DNA from: Cyanophora paradoxa CCMP329
Taxonomy: Eukaryota > Plantae > Glaucophyta
Assembly: GCA_004431415.1 (NCBI GenBank)
Contig: QPMI01000034.1
Span: 1-64,000, forward strand
Length of the DNA: 64,000 nt
Direction: 5' to 3'
Each line of letters opens with the position of its first letter. Within the stretch, counting starts at the first letter, position 1. The position numbers were made by a program, and so were the translations under genes. The notes beneath the pieces were generated by a model, which did no database searches, was not told the origin of the DNA, and was given only the letters and a program-made list of their open reading frames with translations. Of the stretch, positions 11,595 through 26,500 are shown piece by piece.

Positions 11595-14500
11595 ATGGAG
11601 AGACCACCAAAGTACGTGCCTTCTAGATGCGATAGCTCTGCGGACGTCGCTCCTTGCCCGCCAGCGTGGCCGTCTCGTCGTCCTTCGTAAGCTTCCGCTC
11701 CGTAGCTCGCGGCCGTACGGCTTGCTTCGTGTAGCCGCATGGGCTGAAAAGTATAAGAAGCCGTGCCTGCGCTTTGCTGATCGCCCCCGCCGCAGAGGCC
11801 CCGCGGCTGTCGGCCCGCCGCTCGCAATTCGGCTGCCGGACCTTCCCGGCCTGCCACATCTACCGTAAGCCCAACCGCGCACTCGCATGCGACGCTAGCT
11901 AAGGCCTTCCTGCAGACCGAAGCCTCCACCGGGCTTGATCCCGGGGCACACGGGATGGGTTTCTCCGAGGCCGCCCACGTCACAGAGGAGCGGGGGGCAG
12001 TTCGCGCGCAAGCCAGGCAGCGCCGGCGGTCGCCCTCCAAGCGCTGGGCCCGTCGTCACGCCTGCGAAGACCCCCGGCCTGGATGGTGCGCCAGTAGCTA
12101 ACCCAGCAGGCTCCCACAGCCGGCGCCGCTGACGCCCACGACAGTGGCGACCGAGATGCCTGTGATGCCAGCCGAATCGGCGCGGTCAGCGCGGCCGCCG
12201 GTGCGGCGGCTGAGCCTCGCGAGCGAGAACGCGTCGCCGGCCGCGCCGCCGCAGCGGGCGCGCTCGGCGGGCCCGACCGGGCGGCTGCCGCCGCGGGTGG
12301 CGAGCACCGAGCCGGATCGGCCGCCCACCGCGGCGCAGTACCGCACGTTTGACCAGAACATGGGTCGCCCGGGCAGCCGCGCCGCGCACGCCGGCGCCCC
12401 GTCGCCCCCGCCGGCGCCGGCCGTGGCGCCCGGACCGCACGGCCCGTCGGAGGCGGGAACTGGCGGGGGATGGTGGCGGCGAACTGCGCGCCCCGGCGCC
12501 CGACGGCGGAGGCGGCCGAGTCGAGCGCGCAGGAGGCGGAGGCGCGCGCCGCCGCCGAGATGTCCGAGGCGGCGGCGGCGGCGGCAGCGGCGGCGAAGGA
12601 CATGGCGGGGCGGCGGCCGACGGAGCGGATCGGGGTGCTCTGGAGCCCCGGGGCGGTGCACCTGACCGTCCTCGGCATCTACAACGCCGACATGAAGCAC
12701 TCCGGCGCCGAGCGCGGCCGCGCCGCCTCCCCGCGCCCCGCCTCCCAGGCCCGCCCGCCCCTCCCGCCCCTCCCGGCCGCGCCGAGCGAGGCCGGCGCTG
12801 AGGGTGCGGCAGGGCGGAGGACCAGCACGAGCCCGTCGCCGACGCGCGCCGCGCTGGCCGCCCCGACCCCGCCGGCCACCCGGCCCCCAGCGCGTGCGCC
12901 CCGCCAGCGCCCCCGCCCCGGCCCGCGCCCGACGCCGCGCGCAGGGGCGTGACGACGCGGAACGCGTGGGTGGGGACGGCCGGCGTGCCCCGCACCGACT
13001 CGCCCCGGGGCCCGCGAGGGCGGCGAGGCCGGCGGCGCGGGGGCGGCGGGGGCGGAGGCGGAGGCCGTGGCGCGGGCGGGGAGCAACCCTTTCGGGGAGC
13101 TGGCGGTGCCGGGCTCCGAGCGCGAGGAGGACCGCGATCCCGTGCGCGCTTCCCCCTCCCCCGCCCATCCCGGGGCCCGCCCGGCCGCCCACGCCGCGCC
13201 TCCGGGCCCGCAGGAGGACCACCCGTCGTTCCCGCTGGAGGCCTTCGACGACTTCACCTTCGAGACGCGGGAGCCACGCGAGTGGCTCGCCCTGGGGGCC
13301 GGCCGCGGGGGCACCCCGGCCCGCTCCCTCTACTGGGTGCCCGAGGCGGGCGGGCACTACGCGTGGATGCCCTGCGACGTCGTCGGCTACGACGAGCGCC
13401 TCGACAAGTACGAGATCCGCTGGCGGCACGTGGACAAGAAGAAGCTCGTCAAGCGCCTCACCCTCATCTTCGACGTCGAGCAGCCGGCCCGCTTCCAGCT
13501 CCGCATCCGCACCGCCCGCCGCCTACGCTCCGAGGCCGAGTGCCTCAAGGTCCGCCCCGCTTCCCGCCCCCCGCGACCCTCCCCGCCTCGTCGAGCCCGG
13601 CGCCCGCGCAGCGGCTGTGGGAGTACATCAACGGGGACGCACCGGAGGACCTGCCGCCGCTCGACGAAGAGGCGACGCTGCGCATCCTCTCCCTCGCGCC
13701 CCCCGCCCTCGACCAGTCCCGCCTCCCCTCCGTCCGCCCGCCCCCGCCGCCCTCCTGCCACACGCCCTCCCTTTACTCCGGGGGCGGCAGGTGGACCGGA
13801 TCCTGCAGGAGGTGCGGGAGAACCACGCGTACGGCGTCAAGCTCGCCCGCTACCTCTACCGCGTCCGCATCCCCGCCCCCGTGGCACCGGGCGCGCCTGG
13901 GCCGAGCCGCGCGGCAGATGAAGGACGGGCTGCAGTTCGAGGCCTTCCGCCACATGAAGCTGCCCCCCATCAGGGAGCCGCCCTTGGCCCCCGAGTGCGC
14001 CTTTCTCCCCCATCGCACCGCGCGCCGCCGCCCGGGCGAGCGCCGGGGTGGCGCGCAGGATGGGCTGCCTGCAGCTCGAGGAGCGGGAGTTCGAGTTCGC
14101 GGAGACGGCGGGGGCGCTGCAGGGGTGCATGATCCGGACGCTGCCGGGGATCGCGGAGGCGCTGGACGCGCTGGGCGGGGCGTGGATGAAGTACTCACAC
14201 CTCCGCTTCCTGGACGGGCGCCTCCACCGCGAGCAGCTCCCGCTCGAGCTCGCGGCCTTCGTGCGGGCGCAGGAGGCGCATATGCAGGACGTCGAGGACC
14301 AGCTCTTTACCCAGTGGCGCGCCGCCGTCATGGGCGCCCTCTCCGACAACCTCGACGTCCGCCCCCGTCCCCGCCCCGCCCCTCCCCTCCGCCCCGGGCC
14401 GAGCCGAGGCCGCCCCCGCAGGGCAAGTACGACTTCTACGTGTTGAGCGAGGAGAACTACGCGGGGACAGTGCTCAACCGGGCGATGTGCCTGGTGACGC

Positions 14501-17500
14501 GCATCATGGGGGACCAGCTGCGCCTCCTCGTCGCCTGCTCCGTCCTCTCCTGGGTCGCCTTCTTCGAGCAGTGGCTGCCCCGCGCCCGCCCCCCGCTACC
14601 CCCGATCCCCTTCGTCGGCGGGGACGCGTGGCGCGACGAGCTCCCGCCGCTGCGGCAGCCGCTGCTGAGGGTGGCGCTGAGCCTGGACGAGGCCGGCGGC
14701 TTCGTCTTCGTGCCCTCGCTGGAGGCGGTCGAGGCGGAGGTCCTGCGCGCCTTCGACCTCATGTTCACCGACTACGCCAAGATCGCCACCGTGCGGCCCC
14801 GCCCCCGCCCCCGCCCGCCCCGCGCGCCCGGCGGACGACGGGGGCGCAGCCGGAGAGCTCGCTGGTGCCGCTGCTGAGCTCGCTGAACGCGAACATCCCG
14901 AGCATGCCGCGGGAGCACGCGCTGGTGGAGGAGGCGCGCCGCCGCATCCGGGCCGTGCTGGAGGCCAACGCCGAGGGCCCGCGCGCCGTGATGGACTCCT
15001 ACGCCGAGTTCCGCTACCTCTTCGAGGCGGACCCCATCGAGCGCGCCGCCGCCCTCCACGCGTCGCGCCCCACGCTGGAGGAGTACGCGGCGGAGATCGG
15101 ACGGCTGCAGCGCGCCTCGACGGAGGTCCGCCTGCGCTCCATCAACGAGGTCGAGCGCGGCATGTACCGCATCCTCACCGAGGAGTTCAAGGAGCAGCTC
15201 GACCGCCGCGCCGCCCTCCAGGCGCACCTCCACCTCACCACGATCGCCTCGGACTGCCGCGAGCAGAACGTCACGATGTGCGGCGAGTTCGAGGTGATGC
15301 TGGCCACCATCCTGCAGGAGCCGCCCGACATCGAGCACTGGGTCGAGCTCGACGCCTTCTGCAAGGCCGCGCCCGTCGCCGTCGAGGCCCTGCAGAAGCG
15401 CATCGACGGGGTGCAGGAGTGGATGGACCTCCTCGCCGACCGCGGGCACCACGTCACGGACGAGGAGTTCACCATCTCGTGGGACGCGATCAAGTGGCCG
15501 TGGCGGGTCTACCAGACGCTGGTGGACAACGAGCACCGGATGCGGGAGCTGCACATGCGCTTCAACCGGGAGCTGAAGGCGGACCAGGAGCAGTTCCAGG
15601 TGGACATCCGGGAGTACGCGGCGCAGGCCGACTCGCTGCTGGCCTTCGGGGAGATCGAGGAGGTCGACCAGGTGGCCGACATGGTCGTCAACCTCAAGGG
15701 CGAGCTCGACAAGGCCCTCGCCCGCGCCGCGCTGTACGCATCCCGCGAGAAGCTCTTCGGCGTCTCCCTCATCACCGAGTACCCCACCCTCAACACCCTC
15801 CTCGACGACTTCGAGCCGTGCGCCGCCCCCGCCGCGCCCCCCGCCCCTCCCGCCCCCGCCCAGCGTGAGGGCGGCGCGCAGGGTGCACTCGCTGTGGACG
15901 ACGGCGCTGGAGTTCTGCAAGGCGATGCCGATCTGGTTCGACGGGCCCTTCATCGAGCTCAACGCGGAGCAGGTGGACCAGAGCTTCCACACGTGGATGA
16001 AGACGATGAAGCGGCTGCAGAAGGACATGAAGGAGAAGCCGCAGCCGCTGCGCGTCGTCGAGCACGTGCACGGCAAGCTCACCGAGTTCAAGCCCAACCT
16101 GCCCCTCGTCCAGCTCCTCCGCGTCCCCGGCATGCGCGGCCGCCACTGGGAGAAGCTGAGCGAGGCGGTGGGGACGCGGATCGTGGCGAGCCCGGAGCTG
16201 ACGCTGGTGCACCTGCTGGAGCTGGGGCTGCTGAACCACATGCCGGCGGTGCGCGAGGTCTCGGACCTCGCCTGCAAGGAGTACGCCATTGAGACGGCCC
16301 TCGACTCCATGACCAACGAGTGGCGCAAGATGAAGGTCCGCCCCGCGCCCTCTCCGCCCCGCGCGCGCGCCCGCCCCTTGGGGCCGGGCCCAAGCGAGGG
16401 CGCGCAGTTCGAGACGATCGCGTACCGGGAGACGGGGCTGAGCGTGCTGCGGGCGACGGAGGAGGTGGTGCAGCTGCTGGAGGACCACCTCATCAAGACG
16501 CAGGCGATGCGCGCCTCGCCGTACATCAAGCCCTTCCAGGATCGGGTCGCCAAGTGGGAGGACCAGCTGCGGCTCGTGCAGGACATCCTCGACGAGTGGC
16601 TCCGCTGCCAGACCTCCTGGACGTACCTGCAGCCGATCTTCGAGACGGAGGACATCCAGGCGGCGCTGCCCGGCGAGGCCAAGCGCTTCGCCGGCGTCGA
16701 CACCTACTTCCGCTCCCAGATGACCTACATCTCCCGCTCCCCCTACGTCCTCAACATCACCAACATCGAGAACGTCCACGCGGGCTTCCGCCGCGCCAAC
16801 CTCGACCTGAGCCTCGTGCAGAAGGGCCTCAACGACTACCTCGAGTCCAAGCGCATGGCTTTCCCGCGCTTCTTCTTCCTATCCAACGACGAGCTCATCG
16901 AGATCCTCTCCCAGACCAAGGCCCGCCCCGCCGCCTCCCCGCTCGCCCCGCTCGCGCCGCTCGCGCTGAGGGGCGCGCGTGCGCAGAACCCGCTGCGGGT
17001 GCAGCCGCACGTGAGCAAGTGCTTCGAGGGGATCGCGGAGCTGGACTTCACGCCGGAGCTCGACATCGTCGGCATGAAGTCCGCCGAGGGCGAGGCCGTC
17101 CCCTTCGACGCCGTCCGCTCCTTTCTTTCCGCTCCGCCCCGCTCCGCCGCTGACGCCGGCCGTGCAGGCGGTGACGCCGAACCGGAACGTGGAGCAGTGG
17201 CTCAAGTGGGTGGAGGAGGCGATGCGGGCGAGCCTGGCGCGCATCACCCGCGACGCCGTGGGTGACTACTACGCGACGAAGCGGCGGGCGGAGTGGGTGC
17301 TGCGCTGGCCGGGGCAGGTGGTGCTGGCGGCGAGCCAGGTGGCGTGGACGAAGGAGTGCGAGGAGGCGATCTCCACGCGCAAGGGGAGCAGCGCGCTGAT
17401 GCGCGTCGAGCAGCGCCTCACGAAGCAGCTCGAGGACCTCGTCAACGTTCGCCACCCCAGCCCCCTACGCCCCTCCGACCCCGCGGCTAACGGACCCGCG

Positions 17501-20500
17501 CGGGGCAGCTGGTGCGGGGGGACCTGACGGAGCTCAACCGCATCACCCTCAGCGCCCTCGTCACCCTCGGTGCCCTCCCCCGGGGCCCCGGTCCCCGCGC
17601 GGGCGGCGCTGAGGGGCGTGGCCCGTGCAGACGTGCACGGGCGGGACGTGGTGGGGGAGATGGCGGAGGCGGACGTGTCGGGCGTGGAGGACTTCGAGTG
17701 GCTCGCGCAGCTGCGCTACTACCTCGAGGAGGGCGCGGTGCGCGTCCGCATGATCTCCGCCTCCATCGACTACGGCTACGAGTACCTCGGCAACACCCCT
17801 CGCCTCGTCATCACCCCCCTCACCGACCGCTGCTGTGCGGCCGCTTTCTATCTCGTTCGAGCCTGCGGCGGTTGGCCGGGACTGACGGCGCCGCCCGCGC
17901 GCCGCAGACCGCACGCTGACGCAGGCGCTGCAACTGAACATGGGGGGCGCCCCCGAGGGCCCCGCCGGCACGGGCAAGACGGAGACGACCAAGGACCTCG
18001 CCAAGGCCATCGCCAAGCAGTGCTTCGTCTTCAACTGCTCGGACGGCCTGGACTACCTGGCGATGGGCAAGTTCTTCAAGGGCCTGGCGGCGGCCGGCGC
18101 GTGGGCGTGCTTCGACGAGTTCAACCGCATCGACATCGAAGTGCTCTCGGTGATCGCGCAGCAGATCCTCACCATCCAGCGCGCCATCGCGGCGCAGGCG
18201 AAGAAGTTCACCTTCGAGGGCGTCGAGCTCGCCCTCGACCGCACCTGCGCCATCTTCGTGACCATGAACCCGGGCTACGCGGGGCGCACCGAGCTCCCCG
18301 ACAACCTCAAGGCCCTCTTCCGCCCCGTGACGATGATGGTGCCGAACTACGCGCTCATCGCCGAGATTTCGCTCTACTCGAGCGGCTTCAAGGACGCGCG
18401 CAACCTCGCCCGCAAGATCGTCGCCACCTTCCGCCTCTGCTCGGAGCAGCTCTCGTCGCAGGACCACTATGACTTCGGTATGCGCGCCGTGAAGGCCGTC
18501 CTCGCCGCGGCGGCGCGCCTGCGCCGGGAGAGCGCCGAGGCCGGCGAGGCGGAGCTCGTCCTCCGCGCCATCGACGACTGCAACCGTGCGCCCCCCGCGC
18601 CGCCGCCGCCGCCGCCCCCCGTCCCCTGCGCTTCTTTCCTGAGGCGCGCCCCCGCGCCGCAGTGCCTAAGTTCCTGTCGCACGACATCCCGCTCTTCAAG
18701 GGGATCACGTCGGACCTCTTCCCGACGACGACGCTCCCCGCCCCGGACTACGAGGCGCTGCTGGAGGCGGTGAGGGAGCAGGTGGCGGGGATGAACCTGC
18801 AGCCGCTCCCCGCCTTCCTCGCCAAGGTCCTCCAGCTCTACGACACCGTCCTCGTCCGCCACGGCCTCATGCTCGTCGGGCCGACCCTCGCCGGCAAGTC
18901 CGAGTGCTACCGCGTGCTGGCGGCCGCCCTCAGCAGCGCCGCCAAGGCGGGGCGCGCGGGGATGACCAAGGTGCGCTACCACGTGATCTGCCCCAAGGCG
19001 GTCACCCTGGGCGAGCTCTACGGCTCGTTCGACGAGACAAGCCACGAGTGGGCGGACGGCATCCTCGCGAACACCTTCCGCCAGTGCGCCTCCCCCGAGG
19101 TCGTCGGCGAGCGCCGCTGGATCGTCCTCGACGGGCCCGTCGACGCCGTCTGGATCGAGAGCCTCAACACCGTCCTCGACGACAACCGCAAGCTCTGCCT
19201 CAACTCGGGCGAGATCATCAAGCTGACGGGCACCATGACGATGATCTTCGAGACGGAGGACCTGGCGCACGCCTCGCCGGCGACCGTCTCGCGCTGCGGG
19301 ATGGTCTACATGGAGCCGGCAGCGCTCGGCTGGGAGCCCCTCGTCAAGTCCTGGCTGGCGACCGTCTCGGGGATGGTCAAGGAGCGCCTCCTGCCCCTCA
19401 TCGCCGCCACCCTCGACTGGATCCTCGCGCCCTGCATCGGCTTCCTCCGCGGCCGCGCCCGCCCCTCCCCCGTCGCCGCCGCCGCCTCCGCCTGTGCCGG
19501 GAGCCAGGCGGCGGCCAAGAGCGGGAAGGCGGCGGCGGCGTCGGAGCCGTACCGGCCGCGGGAGGTGCTGGCGACGGACGACGGGTGGCTGGTGGCGAGC
19601 TTCCTGCGGCTGCTGGAGGCGCAGCTGGCGGAGCTGGCGGCGTCGCCGCAGATGGACAGCCTGCGCGACCGCGAGCTCGGCATCCGCGCCGAGGCGCACG
19701 TCCTCTTCGCCCTCACCTGGGGCGTCGCCGGCGCCCTCGACGCCGCCAGCCGGCCCCTCTGGTCCCAGTTCCTCCGCGAGCTCCTCGCGGGGGCCCCCGA
19801 GAGCGGCGGCCACGGGAAGACGCTGCCGAGCAAGCAGACGCTGCCGGACGGGCTCGGCGCGCACGACATCGTGTGGCTCCCCGAGGAGAACCGCTGGGCG
19901 GCCTGGATGGAGAAGCAGCCCAAGTACGTGGTCCCCGCCGAGGCGCAGTTCCACGAGATCGTCGTCCCCACCGCCGACACCGTCCGGTGCGCCCTGCCCG
20001 CCGCCGGCGCCGCCCGCCTGAGGCGCCCCTGCCGGGCAGGTACTGCCGGGTGCTGCGGCTGCTGGTGGAGCACGGGAAGCACGCGCTCCTCGTGGGGGAG
20101 ACGGGCACCGGCAAGTCCCTCAACGTCGCCCGCGTCATGGCGGGGGGGCCGGCCGCCGGGGGCGTGGAGCCCGACAAGTGGGCCTTCCACACCCTCAACT
20201 TCAGCGCCCGCACCAGCGCCGCCCAGACGCAGGACATCGTCGACGGCAAGGTCGAGAAGCGCCGCAAGGGCGTCTACGGGCCCACCTTCGGTGCGCCCGT
20301 GCCCGCGCCGGGCCGGAGGGGCTCGGGGCGGCGGGCGCGCCTCCTCACTCACGCCCCGCGCGCAGGGAAGCGCTTCGTGGTGTTCGTGGACGACCTGAAC
20401 ATGCCGGCGCGGGAGAAGTACGGCGCGCAGCCGCCGATTGAGCTGCTGCGGCAGTGGATGAACTTCGGGGGCTGGTTCGACCGCCGCTCGACCGACTTCA

Positions 20501-23500
20501 AGCACGTCGTCGACACGCAGTTCGTCGGGGCGATGGGCCCGCCCGGCGGCGGCCGCAACCCCGTGACCCACCGCTTCCTCCGCCACTTCGTTCTCATCGG
20601 CCTCACGCCGTACGACGACGAAAGCCTGCGCACCGTCTTCGGCACCATCCTCGAGTCGCGCCTGAAGGGCTTCCAGTCGAGCGTGCACCAGCTGACGCAG
20701 CCGCTCGTGGCGGCGACGGTGGCCATCTACCGCCAGATCGCGCGCTCGCTGCTGCCGACGCCGGCGCGCTCGCACTACACGTTCAACCTGCGCGACCTCG
20801 GCAAGGTCTTCCAGGGCCTCATCATGGCCGACCCCAAGCGCATGAAGGTCGCCACGCACATGCTGCGCCTCTGGGCCCACGAGTGCGAGCGGGTCTTCTG
20901 CGACCGCCTGATCAGCGAGGAGGACCGGGAGTGGTACCGGCGCTTCGTGGGGCAGGTGGCGGAGGAGCACTTCAAGGTCCCCTTCTCGCAGGTCGTCGGG
21001 CCCAACGAGACGCTCCTCTTCGGGAGCTTCCTGGGGGAGGACGGCGGGCCCGTGGCGGGGGACGCGGAGGGGGTCCCCTACGCCGAGCTCCCCTCCATCT
21101 ACGAGGCCCAGCGCGCCCTCGAGGCCTACCTCGCCCGCCACAACCGGCAGGCCCGCACCCCCATGCGCCTCGTCCTCTTCTCCTACGCCGTCCAGCACGT
21201 CTGCCGCGTGCACCGCATCATCCGCCGGCCCTTCGGGCACGCGCTGCTCGTCGGCGTGGGCGGCTCGGGGCGGCAGAGCCTGGCGCGCCTCGCGGCGCAC
21301 ATGGCCGAGTACGAGCTCTTCACGGTGGAGATCGGGCGGCAGTACGGGCGGGTGGAGTGGGCGGAGGACTGCAAGCGGCTGCTGCGCAAGGCCGGCGTGG
21401 ACGCGCAGCCGTGCGTGCTGCTCCTCTCGGACACGCAGATCGTGATGGAGAGCATGCTGGAGGACGCCAACAGCATGCTCAACGCGGGGGAGGTCCCCGG
21501 CGTCTTCGCCCCCGAGGAGATGATCGCCATCGCCGACACCCTGCGGCGCCACGCGGGGAACGCGGGGCGGGGGACCTCGCTGCAGGCCGTCTGGGCCTTC
21601 TTCGTGGAGCGGTGCCGGGAGAATCTGCACGTCGTCCTCTGCATGTCCCCCGCCAGCGACGCCTTCCGCACCCGCCTGCGCATGTTCCCGTCGCTCGTCA
21701 ACTGCTGCACGATCGACTGGTTCGCGGAGTGGCCCTCGGAGGCGCTGCGCTCGGTGGGCATGCAGGAGCTCGCCGACGTTGACCTCGACGCCCCCGTCGC
21801 CCGCCACAGCCACGGGCTGCACCGGCGGCAGCCCTCGGAGGCCCCCTCCGAGGGCCTCTCCGCCTCCGCCCACGGCCCCGCCGTCGTCAGCGCCCCCGCC
21901 TCGAACCTCAGCGTCGGCGCCTCGAGCTTCCACCTGCCGCCGCCGCCGCCGTCGGGGGAGGAGGAGGATGGGGCGAGGGAGGAGGAGGGGGCGGGGCGGG
22001 TGGAGCACGGCCTCAAGAACTCGACGGTGGTGGACTGCGCGGTGGCGATGCACGAGTCCGTCCTCGCCCTCGCTCGCCGCTTCCACGCCGAGCAGCGCCG
22101 CCCCGTCGCCGTGCCCCCGACCTCTTTCCTCGAGCTCATCGGCATGTTCAAGGCGATGCTCGAGAAGCGCCGCGAGAGCGTCCGCGCGCAGCGGCAGCGC
22201 TACCTCTCCGGCCTCGACAAGCTCCTCGCCACCGCGAAGCACGTCAAGGAGCTCCAGGGCGAGCTCCGCAGCCTCCAGCCGACGCTCCTCGCCAAGACGC
22301 AGGAGATCGAGCTCCTGGTGAAGCGGATCGAGGCGGAGACGGTGGAGGCGGAGCAGACGAAGGTGATCATGAAGGGGGAGGAGCAGGAGGCGTCGGAGGC
22401 GACGGACGTGGCGCGGGCGATCAAGGCCGAGTGCGAGGCGGAGCTGCAGCTCGCGATGCCGCAGTACATGGAGGCCCTCGAGGCGCTCCAGACGCTGGAC
22501 AAGGCGGACATCGTCGAGGTCCGCTCCATGAAGAGCCCGCCGCACGGCGTCAAGCTCGTCATGGAGGCGACGTGCATCCTGATGGGGATCAAGCCCCGCA
22601 AGAAGGGGGTGCCCGAGGGGGAGAGCCCCTACTGGGAGGTCTCCAAGAAGGAGCTCCTGGGGGACCCCAAGTTCCTGCAGCGCCTCGTGGAGTTCGACAA
22701 GGACAACATTCCCGACGCCCGCATGGAGCTCCTCGCCCCCTACATGGACAACGACGAGTTCCTCCCCGAGAAGGCGCGCCCATTTTGCTGCTGTGATTGT
22801 TTCCCTTGTGTCTGGCCCAGGCTGAGGCGGGTGGGGGCAGGTGGCGCGGGCGTCGAAGGCGGCGCGGGGCCTCTGCATGTTCATCCGGGCGATGGGGACC
22901 TACCACCGCGTCGTCAAGGAGGTGGCCCCCAAGAAGGCCCGCCTCGTCGCCGCCGAGGACCGCCTCCGCGCCGTCGTGGAGCAGCTGAACGCGAAGAAGG
23001 AGTCGCTGCGGCTCATCGAGCTGCAGATCGCGGACCTGACGGCCTCGTACCGGCAGGGCCTGGGCGACAAGGAGGCCCTCCAGGAGCAGGTCGCCTCGTG
23101 CGAGCTCCGCCTCGAGCGCGCCCAGAAGCTCCTCGGCGGCCTCGTCGGCGAGAAGGACCGCTGGACGGCCGCCGCGCACGCCCTCGGCGCCCAGTTCGAG
23201 AACATGGTCGGGGACGCGCTGCTCGCCTGCGGCGCCCTCGCCTACCTCGGGCCCTTCACCAAGCCCTACCGGGACGAGTGCGCGGCCGGCTGGCTCGAGC
23301 TGCTCGACGAGCGCTGCGTGGCGATGGGGGACGCGTGGAGCCTGGTCGGCTGCCTGGGGGACCCCGTGCGGCAGCGCCAGTGGCTCTCGTTCGGCCTCCC
23401 CTCGGACCCCTTCTCGACGGAGAACGCGCTGATCGTGACGGAGGCGCGGCGCTGGCCGCTCATCATCGACCCCCAGGGCCAGGCGACGGCGTGGATCAAG

Positions 23501-26500
23501 CGGCTGGAGAAGGACCGCGGGCTCATGGCGGCCAAGGCGCGGGACCCCGAGCTGCTGCGCGTGCTGCAGAACGCCGTCCAGCTGGGGACGTGCGTGCTGG
23601 TGGAGAACGTGGGGACGGCGCTGGACCCGGCGCTGGACCCGCTGCTCTCGCGGCAGGTGGTGCAGCGGGGCGAGGGCCTCGTCGTCCGCATCGGGGAGCA
23701 CGAGGTCGAGTACTCCCCCGACTTCCGCCTCTACCTCGCCACCCCGGCCCCCAACCCCAGCTTCGCCCCCGAGCTGGCGGCCAAGGTCACCGTCGTCAAC
23801 TTCAGCCTCACCGAGGAGGGCCTCGCCGAGCAGCTGCTGGGCGTCGTCGTCGCCGCCGAGCGGCCCGAGCTCGAGAAGGAGAAGAACGAGCTGATCGCGC
23901 AGTCGGCCTCGAACCGGCGGGAGCTGCGGGACCTGGAGGACACGGTCCTCTCGCTGCTCGCCAACGCGGAGGGGAACCTCCTCGAGAACGAGAAGCTCAT
24001 CAAGACGCTGCAGCAGTGCAAGTCGACCAGCGAGGAGATCAACGCGCGGGTCAAGATGGCGGAGTACACGGAGAAGAAGATCGACGAGACGCGGGGCAAG
24101 TACCGCCCCGTCGCCGCCCGCGCCGCTGCCCTCTTCTTCGTCGTCTCCGAGCTCCACGCGCTGGACCCCATGTACCAGTTCTCCCTCGCCGCCCACTCCA
24201 AGGCCCGCCCCGCCCTCCCCCCGCCCCCGCGTCTCGTTTGCCTCGCGCTGAGGGGGCGGGGGGGCAGCTCTTCGAGGGGACGATCGCGGGGGTGCCGAAG
24301 GAGGAGACGCTGGAGGGGCGCCTGGCCTCGCTCGCCGCGCACTTCACGCAGGCCGTCTACGCCGCCGCCTGCCGGAGCCTCTTCGAGCGCCACAAGCTGC
24401 CCCTCTCCCTCGCCCTCGCGTTGAAGGCCGTCCAGTCCGACGACCGCCTCGCCGCCGAGGCCGCCGCCCGCGCCCGCGAGGCCGAGGTCCGCGAGGCCCG
24501 CGCCGCCGCCGGCGGGCCCCAGGCCGGCGGCGGCGCCCAGGCCAAGGGCGGCCCCGCGGCCTCCGCCCGCGACTCGACCAACTCGCCCCGCCGCGTCCCC
24601 ACGACGCCGGGCGCCGTCCCCGCCACCCCGGGCGGCCCGCCGGCGCCCTTCTCCCTGCCCCGCCCTCCTCCCGCCGCCCCAGCATCGACGCGACGCCCGG
24701 CGGCGTGCCGGCGACGCCGTCGGCGCCGCCCACGGCGCGGCGGCGGTCGCCGGTGCCCGGGGCGGGCCCCGGGCGGGGGCGGCGGCCCTGGAGGAGGAGG
24801 CGCTGGAGCTCGGCCTGCCGCCCTTCGCCCCGCCCGAGCCCCGCGTCGACCCCGCCGAGCTCCGCTTCCTCCTCACCGGCGGCGCCCTCGCCGCCCCCGA
24901 CGAGGCGGAGGCGCCGGGGCCGGCCTGGCTCGCCCCAAGCAGCTCGCCGAGCTCCGCCAGCTCGCCCGCCTCCCGCCTTCGCCGCCGCCGCCGCCCACGC
25001 CCTCGACCCCGCCCACGCCGACGCCTGGCGCGCCTGGGCCGAGGGGCCCGCCCCGCACCGCTCCCCGCTCCCCTGCGCCCGGCCCCGCGCCGGCCCCGGC
25101 GGGGCCCCGCCGCCGGCCCCGCCCAAGCCCCGCGAGCGCTCCCCGTCCATCACCGGCCCCGCCGGCCTCCCGCCCGCCGGCCCGAGCCCCGCCGCCCCTC
25201 CCTCGCCCCCGCCCCGCCCCGAGGCCCGCCGCCCCTCCCTCGCCGCCGGCGCCCGGCCCAGCCGGCCGCCGCGGGCCAGGCGGGGCCCGGGGCGACGAGC
25301 CCGTTCGTGTCGCCGCTGCTGGGCCCGCTGCCGACGCCGAAGGGCCCCGAGCCGGCCGGGATCGCGGCGGCGATGGCGCCCCCCGCGGTGCCCCCGCTGG
25401 GCCTCGCCCCGCCGCCCGCGGCCCCGAAGGGCCTCTCCCCCTTCCAGCTCCTCCTCCTCGTCCGCGTGCTCGCCCCCGCCAAGCTCGTCCCCGCCGTCTC
25501 CGTGCGGCCCCGCCGGCCCCCTCCCCCCCGCCCCCTCGCTCGCTGACGCCCCGCCCCGCAGGACTTCATCGCGGGGGAGCTGGGGGCTGCGTTCGTGGAG
25601 CCGCCCCCGATGGACGTCCCCGCCGCCTACCGCGAGACTGGCCCCGACACGCCCCTCCTCTTCCTCCTCAGCCCGGGCGCCGACCCCGTCCCCCACGTGA
25701 CGCGCCTCGCCCAGCAGCTGCGCTTCCACCTCAAGCTCGCCGTCGTGTCGCTGGGGCAGGGCCAGGGGGCCCTCGCGGAGCGCCACATCCGGGATGCCGC
25801 CAAGCGGGGCGCCTGGGTGCTGCTCCAGAACTGCCACCTCGCCGCCTCCTGGATGCCGGCCCTCGAGCGCCTCGTCGACCAGGCCGCCGCCGGCGACCTC
25901 GGCACCGTGCACCCCTCCTTCCGCCTCTTCCTCACCTCGGCCCCCACCCCCGCCTTCCCCGTCTCCGTCCTCCGCTCGGCGGTGAAGGTGGCGGCGGAGG
26001 CGCCGCGGGGCGTGCGGGCGCTGCTGCAGCGGGCGTACGCGGCGCTCTCGCCCGAGTTCGTGGACGGGGCGGAGTACTGCCAGTGGAAGGCGGACGTGCA
26101 GATCCCCGGCAACGAGAAGAAGAAGCCCCCGAAGGAGTCCCCCGCCCGCACCACCTTCAAGCGCCTCCTCTACGCCCTCTGCTTCTTCCACGCCGCCGCC
26201 CTCGAGCGCCGCAAGTACGGGCCGCTCGGGTGGAACGTGCGGTACGAGTTCACGGAGGGGGACCTCGCGGTGAGCGTGCGGCAGCTGCACGCGTTCCTGC
26301 TGCCCCGCGGCGAGGAGGGCCCCGCCGCCCTGCCCCTCAAGACCCTCCACTACCTCGTCGGCCACGCCAACGCGCGCCCCGCCCCTCCCCTCCCGCCACT
26401 CCCGCCCCTCTCTCCCTTCTGACCTCCTCGCAGTACGGCGGCCGGGTGACGGACGACTGGGACCGGCGGGCGCTGCTGGCGCTGCTGACGGAGTCCCTCT

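Noticed and set aside
19306-22884. 1192-aa minus-strand ORF (and similar long antisense ORFs, e.g. 14772-16703, 22589-24196)
   Set aside because: Antisense shadows of dynein exons caused by extreme GC3 bias; no independent motifs.
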